A stretch of 35,151 nt of DNA from Rickettsiales bacterium (GCA_031273075.1 JAISSM010000019.1:1-35151), one strand, 5' to 3'; numbered from the stretch's first letter, positions 1-7,900 are shown. The notes: a model not told the origin generated them from the sequence alone. Program-made: numbers and translations.

Positions 1-750
1 GTCCCTTCCGCTGTTCGCCTCCGCCCTTTCGCTTACATAATCTTCTCCAAGCGCCCTGTTGATCCCGTCCGTGTCCGTGCCTCTGTTTTGATACAATCGC
101 GACGTGTCGGCGATCAACTCCGATTCTATTCCCGGCGCCATCCCGAGAACTTCCTTCGCGGACTTCGTTTTGCCCGCAAGCTCCATGTATTTCCTTCGCG
201 CGGTAAAAAGCTGACCCGGGTCCTCAGGCGACGATCCAGTATTTTCATACGGAACGCTTTTGCCGCCGCCGATCCCGCATATTATCGTGCTCAAGTACGA
301 CCGCATTTCCGCGTCCGCCGCCTTGTCCGCGTTCATTTCCGCGATGCCCTGCATCATCTGCATCCCGCCGATCCCGGTCGCCGCCATCGTAAGCCCGCCA
401 AGCATTCTGTTTTCCAGCGACGTTTCATTTTCCTTGGCGGCGTCCGCTTTTCTCCGAAGGTCCGCCACATCCTCCGCGGAATACGTTTTTTCCGACGCGG
501 CCTTCGCGTCCCTTATCGCCTTGTCCCTGACGCTTTTATTTACTTTGTCTTTCCAATCCGCGGCCAGGTTCTCGACGGCTTTCATAAGCGTGATTTTGGC
601 GGTCTCTATCGATTTGGCGTTCGTTATCGCGGCCTTATCGCCGTTGAAATCCGAAAACGCCGAAATCGGCGCAAAAAACGCCAGCGCAAACGTCAGAGCG
701 CAAAAAACGCACGGCAAAAAAGGGTGCCTTGGACACCGTCCCGATTTCAT
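1..750 (-). CDS. hypothetical secreted protein; 3' end lies outside the window and it is absent from the supplied ORF track
   Basis: Checked by hand: minus-strand frame is open for 250 codons from ATG at 748-750 to the window edge, with no tta/cta/tca triplets in plus frame 1. N-terminus MKSGRCPRHPFLPCVFCALTFALAFFAPISAFS looks like a signal peptide. The overlapping plus ORFs are Arg-rich nonsense. Confidence 0.55.
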   Translation of the reverse strand, partial: MKSGRCPRHPFLPCVFCALTFALAFFAPISAFSDFNGDKAAITNAKSIETAKITLMKAVENLAADWKDKVNKSVRDKAIRDAKAASEKTYSAEDVADLRRKADAAKENETSLENRMLGGLTMAATGIGGMQMMQGIAEMNADKAADAEMRSYLSTIICGIGGGKSVPYENTGSSPEDPGQLFTARRKYMELAGKTKSAKEVLGMAPGIESELIADTSRLYQNRGTDTDGINRALGEDYVSERAEANSGRD

Positions 751-797
751 TTCTCTCTATCTTTATAATTTTATCAGAAATCGGGGGGAAAAAAAAG

Positions 798-1583
798 TTA
801 TTTATCGCGGATTTTCGCGCCAAGTTTTTCGACGGACGCCGTCACTTTGTTCTGGATTTCCAAAAGGTCCGCGTCGGTCAGATTCCGCGCCGGTTCCAAC
901 GTTATCTCGAACGCGACGGAGTTTTCATAAAAATCGAATTCGGTGACGCTTTTGATCTGCGGATCCGCGGATTTCGCCGCCGCGACGATTTTTTCGGCCG
1001 GGAGTTCCCCCTTCAAGGCGAATGAAAAGTCGCGAGTTATGGGTTGGAAGTTATTCTCTGCGATATGCGATATGCGATCCCCGCCTCCGCGGGGATGACA
1101 ATAATTTTTGATATATGATATATCGTCTATTACGCCCAGAACCACAGGGGTTTTGATTTTCCAATATTTTGCCAGTTTCGGGTGCAATTGGCCGAATTCC
1201 CCCAAGGTTTTTCCGTCCCTTACAAGGCGGCCGTATCTGTACGGATGCGCCCACATCGGAGGATTGTCGGTTTTCGTTTCCGCTTTGCCAACGTACGCCA
1301 AGAGGTCGGCCTTCACGTCGAAGATATCGACCGGTCTTTCGCGTTTAAGCCAATGTCTTTTTTCGGCCGCACCCGCGCGCGCTATCACTATCTGTTTATG
1401 CTCGTCCCCCGGATCGGGCCCGTCGAACACAGTTCCGACCTCAAACATAGCAAGGTCGGGATATCCCCTTTTTTCGTTCTCCGCCACCGCGTCCAGCATA
1501 TTCGGAACAAGGCTGTTCCGCGCCGTGTTCATATAATCGGCCAAAGGATTCGCCAATTTCACATTCGGTTTATCCGAAACCAA
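798..1583 (-). CDS. pheT: phenylalanine--tRNA ligase beta subunit, C-terminal fragment (B6-B8 region); same frame as the upstream fragment
   Basis: 261-aa ORF opening at a TTG. Its C-terminal FDX-ACB-like end and synteny after pheS fit PheT. It continues the frame of 1623-3131 across a single TAA. Confidence 0.85.
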   Translation of the reverse strand: MVSDKPNVKLANPLADYMNTARNSLVPNMLDAVAENEKRGYPDLAMFEVGTVFDGPDPGDEHKQIVIARAGAAEKRHWLKRERPVDIFDVKADLLAYVGKAETKTDNPPMWAHPYRYGRLVRDGKTLGEFGQLHPKLAKYWKIKTPVVLGVIDDISYIKNYCHPRGGGDRISHIAENNFQPITRDFSFALKGELPAEKIVAAAKSADPQIKSVTEFDFYENSVAFEITLEPARNLTDADLLEIQNKVTASVEKLGAKIRDK

Positions 1584-1622
1584 TCTCTCTTTGAAAAGGT
1601 TGCCGAAGCCGTACGATTTATG

Positions 1623-3131
1623 TTAGACAAGCCTTCGCGTTTTCGCAAAGAAATCGTTCTCTTCGCAAACCGGCTTTATGTCGACCATTTTCGGCGACGG
1701 GCTTATATTCATATCCGCGATCCTGTCATAGCCGCATATACGCACTATGTCGGAGGTCAATTTTTCCGCTATCGCGTCGTCGACGCGCCAAGGCGGACAG
1801 CTTACCGTCCAAAGTTCGCGGTCGACCGTGATTTCATAACCGAGTTTTTCAAGGATCTCTTTTTGCGTTTTTTCATCGACGTCGAATCCTATTCTTCGTT
1901 TGAAAAATTTCGGGTCGTATTTTATTTTCGGGCCCGTGAATTCCGCCCGGACGCAACTTGCCGCCGAAATTTTTCCGCCGCATTCCTTCATAATGATTTC
2001 CGACGCCAAGGCAAGCGCCTGTGTCGTCATGGTCGGGTCTATGCCGCGCTCAAACCTGTAACTCGAATCCGTCGAAAGGCCCAAACGACGGCGCGTTTTC
2101 CTTATTCCCAGCGGTTCGAAATACGCGGATTCCAAAATTATATTTTCGGTTTTGTCCGTCGTCATTCCGCGCTTGCCCCCCATCACGCCCGCAAGCGCGA
2201 GTATCCCGTCCGCGTCCGTGATCACAAGGTCGTCCGCCGAAAGAATGTGTTCGGCGTCGAAAAGGTCCGTGAATTTTTCGCCGTCCTTCGCGTTCCTGAT
2301 TATAATATCGCCCTTGATTTCGTCCGCGTCGAAGCAATGCATCGGCTGACCTATATCAAAGCAAACATAATTCGTCGCGTCGACCGGCGCGTTCTTCGGA
2401 TTGATTCCGATCGCGGACAGGCGCGATGCGATCTTGTCGCACGACGGCGCGATTTTTATTCCGCGGATTTCAACGAAGTTATAGGTCGGGCATCTTTCCG
2501 GGTTTTTAATAACAATTTTTCGGGATTCGGGATTCGGGATTCGGGATTCGGTTCCCGCCTTCGCGGGAATGACAGGGATTCGGGAGGCGATGAATTTTCC
2601 TATGCCGGTTGCGGACAGATCGCGCGCTATGCCCCGGACGGCCAAATAATCCGGGCGGTTCGCCAAGACCTTCGCATCGAACACGGCGTTCGCGTCGGAC
2701 GCCTTTTCGCCGTTCCACGGTTCGCCCAATTTCGCGTTTTTAAGCTCCATAATCCCGCCGTGATCGTCGCCGGCGCCCAATTCCTTTTCGCTGCACATCA
2801 TTCCGTCGGATTCGAATCCCTTGATTTTTCCGACTTTGATTTCAACGCCCCCGACAACGCATCCCGGACGCGCCAAGGCCGACACAAGTCCGACACGGCA
2901 ATTCGGCGCGCCGCACACGACCTGTCTTATATCCTTTCCGTCATCCACTTTAAGCAGATGCAGATGCGTGTCCGGTATGTCGGAACATTCGACGATTTTC
3001 GCCGCAACGGGTTCGGAAGGCGCGGACAGATTTTCGACTTCAAGCCCTATGCCGGTCAATTTGTCCGCAATCCCGCGCGCCGTCTCCTTTGTGTCCAGAT
3101 AATCCAAAAGCCAATCGTAAGTCCAATTCAT
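1623..3131 (-). CDS. pheT: phenylalanine--tRNA ligase beta subunit, N-terminal fragment (tRNA-binding, B3/4 and B5 domains), ending at an in-frame TAA (1623-1625)
   Basis: ATG at 3129-3131 lies 1 nt after the pheS stop. MNWTYDWLLDYL start and the VVCGAPN / MMCSEKELG tRNA-binding-domain motifs are present. Confidence 0.9.
   Translation of the reverse strand: MNWTYDWLLDYLDTKETARGIADKLTGIGLEVENLSAPSEPVAAKIVECSDIPDTHLHLLKVDDGKDIRQVVCGAPNCRVGLVSALARPGCVVGGVEIKVGKIKGFESDGMMCSEKELGAGDDHGGIMELKNAKLGEPWNGEKASDANAVFDAKVLANRPDYLAVRGIARDLSATGIGKFIASRIPVIPAKAGTESRIPNPESRKIVIKNPERCPTYNFVEIRGIKIAPSCDKIASRLSAIGINPKNAPVDATNYVCFDIGQPMHCFDADEIKGDIIIRNAKDGEKFTDLFDAEHILSADDLVITDADGILALAGVMGGKRGMTTDKTENIILESAYFEPLGIRKTRRRLGLSTDSSYRFERGIDPTMTTQALALASEIIMKECGGKISAASCVRAEFTGPKIKYDPKFFKRRIGFDVDEKTQKEILEKLGYEITVDRELWTVSCPPWRVDDAIAEKLTSDIVRICGYDRIADMNISPSPKMVDIKPVCEENDFFAKTRRLV
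2522..2581 (-). repeat. heptad-flanked palindromic repeat inserted in frame inside pheT
   Basis: (GGGATTC)x4, then hairpin TTCCCGC-CTTC-GCGGGAA, then a fifth GGGATTC. It translates as SRIPVIPAKAGTESRIPNPES. Confidence 0.8.
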
Positions 3132-3132
3132 C

Positions 3133-4110
3133 TTAAAATCCTTTCGCTTCAAGCCAGCGTATGTCGCCGTCGAAAAATTTGCGTATGTCGTTAAGTCCGT
3201 ATTTCAGCATAGCAAGTCTGTCAAGGCCCGGTCCGAACGCGAAGCCCTGGACCTTGTCCGGATCAAGCCCGCACATTCGAAGCACGTTCGGATGCACCAT
3301 GCCCGCGCCGCCCATTTCCAGCCAAAGGCCGCTTCCCTTCGACGGAAGGCCCGTTTTTTTATCCCATTCCAAATCGAATTCTATGCTGGGCTCCGTAAAC
3401 GGGAAGTACGACGGGCGGATGCGAAGCGATATGTCCTTCGTTCCGAATATCAATTCAAGATACGTTCTTATGTCGGATATCAGGTCCGCAAGCGTTATGT
3501 CCTTTCCCAAGACCACGCCGTCGTATTGGTGGAACATCGGCGAATGCGTCGCGTCCAGATCGCGCCTGTATGTCGCGCCCGACGTGATGACCTTGGTCTT
3601 GTCTTTGCGCTTTGTCATTTCGCGCACGGTAACCGTCGTCGAATGGCCGCGCAGAAGATTGTCGGTTCCCTCTATGAAAAACGTGTCCTGCATGTCGCGC
3701 GCGGGATGATACGGCGGAACGTTCAGCGCGGTGAAATTATGGAAATCGTCCTCCAGTTCCGGCCCTTCGGCCAATTCGTATCCCATGCTTTGGAAAACGC
3801 GGCTTAAATCCTTCCAGATTCGCGTCAACGGATGGACCTTGCCCGACCGTTCCGGCGCGGGGCTTCTTGTCGCGTCGATCTTGTCGCCGGACAACGCGGC
3901 CATTATTTTTTCATTCTCTATTTCCGACCGGCGCGTTTTGAACGCGTTCTGCAATTCTTCCTTTTCCGCATTAAGCGCCGCGCGCTCTTTCTCCGGCAGA
4001 TCCTTCATCGTTTTAAGACGCGCCGTCATGGTTCCGTTTTTGCCGAACGCGGCCGAATGCAATTTCTGCAGCTCTTCAAGATCGTTTATTTTTTTTATCT
4101 GTTCCAACAT
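3133..4110 (-). CDS. pheS: phenylalanine--tRNA ligase alpha subunit
   Basis: 325 aa from ATG 4110 with a GGAAAGGA SD. Class II aaRS motifs are present (FPFTEPSIEFD, GGAGMVHPNVL). The upstream extension to 4257 is implausible. Confidence 0.95.
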   Translation of the reverse strand: MLEQIKKINDLEELQKLHSAAFGKNGTMTARLKTMKDLPEKERAALNAEKEELQNAFKTRRSEIENEKIMAALSGDKIDATRSPAPERSGKVHPLTRIWKDLSRVFQSMGYELAEGPELEDDFHNFTALNVPPYHPARDMQDTFFIEGTDNLLRGHSTTVTVREMTKRKDKTKVITSGATYRRDLDATHSPMFHQYDGVVLGKDITLADLISDIRTYLELIFGTKDISLRIRPSYFPFTEPSIEFDLEWDKKTGLPSKGSGLWLEMGGAGMVHPNVLRMCGLDPDKVQGFAFGPGLDRLAMLKYGLNDIRKFFDGDIRWLEAKGF

Positions 4111-4189
4111 GGTTTTTCCTTTCCAGACGTTTAGGCAATAATACCGCCTTTCGGCGGCATTATCAACACAACAAAGCGCGGCCGAAAAT

Positions 4190-4555
4190 CTATTTCTTAG
4201 CGGTCGTAAATCGTTTTGATTCTTCGATAAGTTTTTTGAAGTTTTCGTCGTTCGCAAACGCCATCTCGGCCAAGACTTTCCTGTCGACCGTTATGTTCGC
4301 CTTCTTAAGCCCGCTCATAAACGAAGCGTACGTCATTCCGTTTGCCCTTACCGCGGCGTTGATCCTTATGATCCACAGCGATCTGAACGTCCGCTTTTTC
4401 GCGCGGCGGTCGCGGTACGCGTACTGTCCCGCCTTGTCGACTTTTTCCTTCGCGGCCTTGAACGTGCCGTGATGGCGGCCGAGGAATCCCTTCGCCTTTT
4501 CCAATACTTTTTTATGTTTCTGCTTTACGGTCGTCCCGCGTTTTACACGTGCCAT
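4190..4555 (-). CDS. rplT: 50S ribosomal protein L20
   Basis: [24 protein letters not shown]... is a canonical L20 sequence. Confidence 0.97.
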   Translation of the reverse strand: MARVKRGTTVKQKHKKVLEKAKGFLGRHHGTFKAAKEKVDKAGQYAYRDRRAKKRTFRSLWIIRINAAVRANGMTYASFMSGLKKANITVDRKVLAEMAFANDENFKKLIEESKRFTTAKK

Positions 4556-4565
4556 TTTTCACCCC

Positions 4566-4772
4566 CTAGTCCCGCAAACCATACGGCGCCAGTTTTTTAA
4601 TCTGATCCGCCATATTCTCGTTGACATATTGAACTTTGCGCCCCGCGCGAAGCGACCGCTTCGCCCTTTTGCGCAGCATGTGATTGTGGCCCTGACGCCG
4701 GACCTGAACAAGGCCCCCCGCCGTCATTTTGGCACGCTTTTTAAGCGTTGACTTTGTTTTCAGCTTTGGCAT
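4566..4772 (-). CDS. rpmI: 50S ribosomal protein L35
   Basis: MPKLKTKSTLKKRAKMTAGG... from ATG 4770-4772, directly upstream of rplT. Confidence 0.93.
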   Translation of the reverse strand: MPKLKTKSTLKKRAKMTAGGLVQVRRQGHNHMLRKRAKRSLRAGRKVQYVNENMADQIKKLAPYGLRD

Positions 4773-4830
4773 TTCTATATCCTTTTTCACATCCTTGCGG
4801 CAGCCATATCAAGCCGTTTCGGATGCGCCG

Positions 4831-4858
4831 ATTATTGCATAAAAATTCGGAAAAGCAA
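4831..4858 (-). promoter_or_regulatory. candidate sigma70 promoter for rpmI-rplT-pheST
   Basis: In minus sense: TTGCTT, 16-nt spacer, AATAAT preceded by TGc (extended -10-like). It lies about 60 nt upstream of the rpmI ATG. Confidence 0.4.
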
Positions 4859-4870
4859 CTAAAAAATCGT

Positions 4871-5416
4871 CTATCCTTCAATGCACCCGCGGCAATCTTT
4901 GAGATACTCCACCATTTTCATCACAAGGTCATCAAGGTCTGGGACGGATTTTGCCGGGGAAACGTCGACAAGCTCTATTTTTTTGTTTTCGGGGTCAATC
5001 ACCGCCGTGGCCGTTATCAACCGTTTGGTTTTTTCGTCTATATATTCCATCTGGACGTTGCTTATAAGGCATGAATCAATGAATTTGATATTCATGCGCG
5101 GGCCGTATATTTCAAACGAATCCCGACCCCAAAACTTCCATTCGACAGGATTGCCGTTGTCGATGATCAACTGTTCCCTGTCCCAAAAACCGGGCTTTAC
5201 ATACGTTCTGGTCACACATTTCACACTTTCATTATTACCGACCTTGACAGTTATTATTACATACGAATCGCCTTTTCTCGTATGACTGTGGCCGGGCTTG
5301 TCGCCAGGAAATCTTTTAAGCAACGCGTCTTTCCCAAACATACCCAGGTCCTTCAAGAAATGTGGCCGCTTTGTTTTGAAGGCACTTTTATAGCCAAATA
5401 ATGATTTGAATAGCAT
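4871..5416 (-). CDS. hypothetical protein (orphan, AT-rich)
   Basis: 181-aa ORF with AAGGATAAAAAATG ribosome-binding context and its own promoter. I recognise no family. Confidence 0.7.
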   Translation of the reverse strand: MLFKSLFGYKSAFKTKRPHFLKDLGMFGKDALLKRFPGDKPGHSHTRKGDSYVIITVKVGNNESVKCVTRTYVKPGFWDREQLIIDNGNPVEWKFWGRDSFEIYGPRMNIKFIDSCLISNVQMEYIDEKTKRLITATAVIDPENKKIELVDVSPAKSVPDLDDLVMKMVEYLKDCRGCIEG

Positions 5417-5441
5417 TTTTTATCCTTATTAAAGTGGGCAT

Positions 5442-5470
5442 AATATATTATATTAAATATAATTTGTCAA
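5442..5470 (-). promoter_or_regulatory. candidate sigma70 promoter of orphan 4871-5416
   Basis: In minus sense: TTGACA (5465-5470), 17-nt spacer, TATATT (5442-5447). Confidence 0.5.
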
Positions 5471-5490
5471 GATTTTTTTGACCGACCCGA

Positions 5491-6045
5491 TTATTGGATA
5501 TGGGCGATATTTTTAAGGATTCCTATGAGACGGCCTATCTCAGCCCGTTTATATTCCGCATACTGCCCTTTAAGCGCGATTTCAACCGCCGCGTTTATTT
5601 CTTGGGCCAGCATGACGCCGCGGCCGGGAACGTCGCCGTCGTCATTCACCATATATGTTGTTTCGATGATCGGGCCGTGGAGGAAAGCGGGCTGCTCTAC
5701 ATAAATCCCAAATTTGTCTTTAAGCATCGCGCGGACATTCCCGTCATTCTTCCATCCGCAATGTTTTCTGGCAAAATTTTCCAGGGACTGTTCGGCATTG
5801 ATCGCAACCATGTAGGTTTTCCTACATATGCCCTTGCATACGAACGCGCGCTTCGGGCTGAGCGGCCCGGATTTTTTCTCCACGTTTTTGTCGGCAAAGA
5901 ACAGACATTCCGGACTGCAAAAAGCCCTATGTTTAAACTTTACCTTCTCGTGTTTGGCCCCTTTTATTTTAAGGCCTATTCCGACGACTATTTCGCCGAC
6001 CGGATTTGCGGACGCATCGGAAGATAAAGACAGGACATGTTCCAT
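5491..6045 (-). CDS. hypothetical protein with a CxxxC...CxxxC motif (orphan, AT-rich)
   Basis: 184-aa ORF with CAGGAATAAAAAATG context. Contains FCSPEC ... VCKGIC, four Cys that could bind zinc. I recognise no family. Confidence 0.7.
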   Translation of the reverse strand: MEHVLSLSSDASANPVGEIVVGIGLKIKGAKHEKVKFKHRAFCSPECLFFADKNVEKKSGPLSPKRAFVCKGICRKTYMVAINAEQSLENFARKHCGWKNDGNVRAMLKDKFGIYVEQPAFLHGPIIETTYMVNDDGDVPGRGVMLAQEINAAVEIALKGQYAEYKRAEIGRLIGILKNIAHIQ

Positions 6046-6072
6046 TTTTTATTCCTGAATCAAACGAGGGTA

Positions 6073-6101
6073 ACTTTAATATATAAAACATAATTTGTCA
6101 A
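6073..6101 (-). promoter_or_regulatory. candidate sigma70 promoter of orphan 5491-6045
   Basis: In minus sense: TTGACA (6096-6101), 17-nt spacer, TAAAGT. It shares the TTGACAAATTAT block with the 5442-5470 promoter. Confidence 0.4.
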
Positions 6102-6112
6102 TAATGACGCGA

Positions 6113-7165
6113 CTATCTGTATTCTTTCGGCAACAGGATATACATTTGGCCGGGCGCGTTCTGGCCCTGGGCGTATTCGAACGCCTCGTCGCCTTCGCCG
6201 AAATATATGTCGCCGCGGTTATAGCCAATTATCGCGCTTCCCGTGTCCTGGGCGACCATAAGTTTTTGGAATGATTTTCCGTTCGTCAACGTGGTCGCGA
6301 CATACGTCGGCATTCCCAGAGTATAGATGTTCTTGTCTATCGCAACGCTTCGTATTTTCGTCAAGGGAACGCCCATGTTTCCCGTCACTTCGTCCGCCGC
6401 GGATTCGGCGTAATACACATAACGCGCGTTGTTGGATATCAACTCCGCCGCCAAGGCGCGGTTCTTTTTAAGGTATTCGCGGACGGAATGCATGCCGTAT
6501 CCGTCGGGCGGACGGATGCCGCGCTCCACCAGCTGGGCCCCTATTCCCGTAAACTGCATTTCGTTCGTAGTCGCGACCGAAAGCCGAATTTCCGTTCCGT
6601 CGTCAAGGGCCAGCTTCGCGGCCCCGTTTATTTGCGCGACCTGCAAGTCGATCGGATCCGTCCAATACAGTATCTCGCCTATGCGGTCGTTTATTATCCT
6701 TTGGCTGTGCACGCCTTTGAATTCGCGCCCGTCTTTCGGAACGCCCAAGACCGGCGCGCTGCATTCCGTGCTTTTTTGGCGGCACGCGGGGATGATCAAA
6801 GTGGCATAGCCCGTGAATTTTCCGCCCTTCGTCGCGTCGTCCGACACCTTATAGGGCTTAAAATGCTGTTCGAACCATTTCCGGACGGTCAGTGTGTCCG
6901 CGGACGATCCGGGCAGAAACCGGCACTTTTCCCGAACCAATTGTTCGTCCGGGACCACCCGGCCCGCGTATTGTATGGATTTAGCGCGGCATGTGTTTCT
7001 GAACGCCTGAAGCGCGTATCTTTGGTCGTCGTTCCGCCAGCCCGGAAGTTCTGAAAACCCGACCGGGGTCATATTCCGCGTGATTTTGCTTTGGTCCCCG
7101 GCATGGTCGGGCATATCGAATATCCCGCACGACGACAACAGCAATACAAAAATCAATTTTTTCAT
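6113..7165 (-). CDS. mltA: membrane-bound lytic murein transglycosylase A (lipoprotein)
   Basis: Lipobox LLLSSC at the N-terminus. The C-terminal 3D-domain signature VAQDTGSAIIGYNRGDIYFGEGDEA is typical of MltA. Confidence 0.88.
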   Translation of the reverse strand: MKKLIFVLLLSSCGIFDMPDHAGDQSKITRNMTPVGFSELPGWRNDDQRYALQAFRNTCRAKSIQYAGRVVPDEQLVREKCRFLPGSSADTLTVRKWFEQHFKPYKVSDDATKGGKFTGYATLIIPACRQKSTECSAPVLGVPKDGREFKGVHSQRIINDRIGEILYWTDPIDLQVAQINGAAKLALDDGTEIRLSVATTNEMQFTGIGAQLVERGIRPPDGYGMHSVREYLKKNRALAAELISNNARYVYYAESAADEVTGNMGVPLTKIRSVAIDKNIYTLGMPTYVATTLTNGKSFQKLMVAQDTGSAIIGYNRGDIYFGEGDEAFEYAQGQNAPGQMYILLPKEYR

Positions 7166-7171
7166 ATTTTT

Positions 7172-7199
7172 TTGACAATCCGGTTAATTGCGCTATATT
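7172..7199 (+). promoter_or_regulatory. candidate sigma70 promoter of secB
   Basis: TTGACA (7172-7177), 16-nt spacer, TATATT (7194-7199), followed by a CAGGAG SD. Confidence 0.55.
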
Positions 7200-7225
7200 A
7201 TACCAAAAACAGGAGTATTTACAAA

Positions 7226-7651
7226 ATGGCGCAATTCAAACTTATGTCCTCGTTCCTTAAAAAACTGTCGTTCGACTCGCCCAGCGTGCCGGAGTTGTTT
7301 TTCAAACAGGACAACACCCAGGCGAAAATGGACATCAATCTGGATATTCAGATCAAGTCCAGCGAAAACAAATTGTTCATGGTCGACCTTGTCACAAAAC
7401 TTCATTCCAAACTTGACGATCCGAAGGCGGCCAAAACCGTGTTCGAAATCGACTGCGTATATTCCGCGCTGGTCCAAATCGAAAAGGACGACGGCGAGGA
7501 AGACGTGAAACATTCCCTTTTGGCCGACGTTCCGACGCTGTTGTTTCCGAACGTCCGCGCTTTGGTCCTTCGCATGACGGCGGAGTCGGGCTTTCCGCCC
7601 TTCCAAATGCAGGTCGTGGATTTCGAGGAACTGTACAAGAGCAAGAAATAA
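7226..7651 (+). CDS. secB: protein-export chaperone SecB
   Basis: 141 aa from ATG 7226. The pattern ...LLFPNVRALVLRMTAESGFPPFQMQVVDFEELY is SecB-like. Confidence 0.85.
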   Translation: MAQFKLMSSFLKKLSFDSPSVPELFFKQDNTQAKMDINLDIQIKSSENKLFMVDLVTKLHSKLDDPKAAKTVFEIDCVYSALVQIEKDDGEEDVKHSLLADVPTLLFPNVRALVLRMTAESGFPPFQMQVVDFEELYKSKK

Positions 7652-7654
7652 AAA

Positions 7655-7678
7655 AATCCCCGAAAGGGGATTTTTTTA
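7655..7678 (+). terminator. rho-independent terminator after secB
   Basis: Hairpin ATCCCC-GAAA-GGGGAT followed by T7, with an A-run upstream. Confidence 0.8.
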
Positions 7679-7684
7679 TTTAAT

Positions 7685-7712
7685 TAGCAAATAGCAGGTA
7701 GCAATTAGCAAT
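7685..7712. repeat. TAGCANN heptanucleotide tandem array (4 units)
   Basis: tagcaaa tagcagg tagcaat tagcaat. A near-identical array lies at 15966-15993. Confidence 0.85.
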
Positions 7713-7716
7713 TGTT

Positions 7717-7900
7717 GTCGCGGGGCTTTGCCCCGCGCGCTTATTACTGGATACCGCGGTTAAACCGCGGTATGACAAAGGATTGGATTGCCGCGCCGCC
7801 TATGGCGGCTCGCAATGACGATAAATTAACCCCTATCAAGATTTCCTAAGGCGGTGAAACCGCCAAGGAACTCTGTCCTTCCCCTGTTCCAGGGGAAGGG
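7717..7900. repeat. array of five short GC-rich hairpins (intergenic palindromic repeat cluster)
   Basis: The hairpins are gtcgcgggg-cttt-gccccgcgc, ataccgcgg-ttaaa-ccgcggtat, gccgcc-tat-ggcggc, ggcgg-tgaaa-ccgcc and ccttcccct-gttcc-aggggaagg. Confidence 0.75.

Noticed and set aside
1623-1625. In-frame TAA in pheT considered as evidence for a reassigned genetic code
   Set aside because: TAA, TAG and TGA all terminate well-defined r-protein genes at the expected positions throughout this window. A code change is therefore not supported.
1182-3194. 670-aa plus-strand ORF, the longest ORF in the left part of the window
   Set aside because: It lies antisense to pheT. Its sequence is extremely Arg/Phe-rich low complexity with no recognisable domain, whereas the minus frame encodes clear PheT motifs. 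It is a shadow ORF of a CG-rich coding strand.
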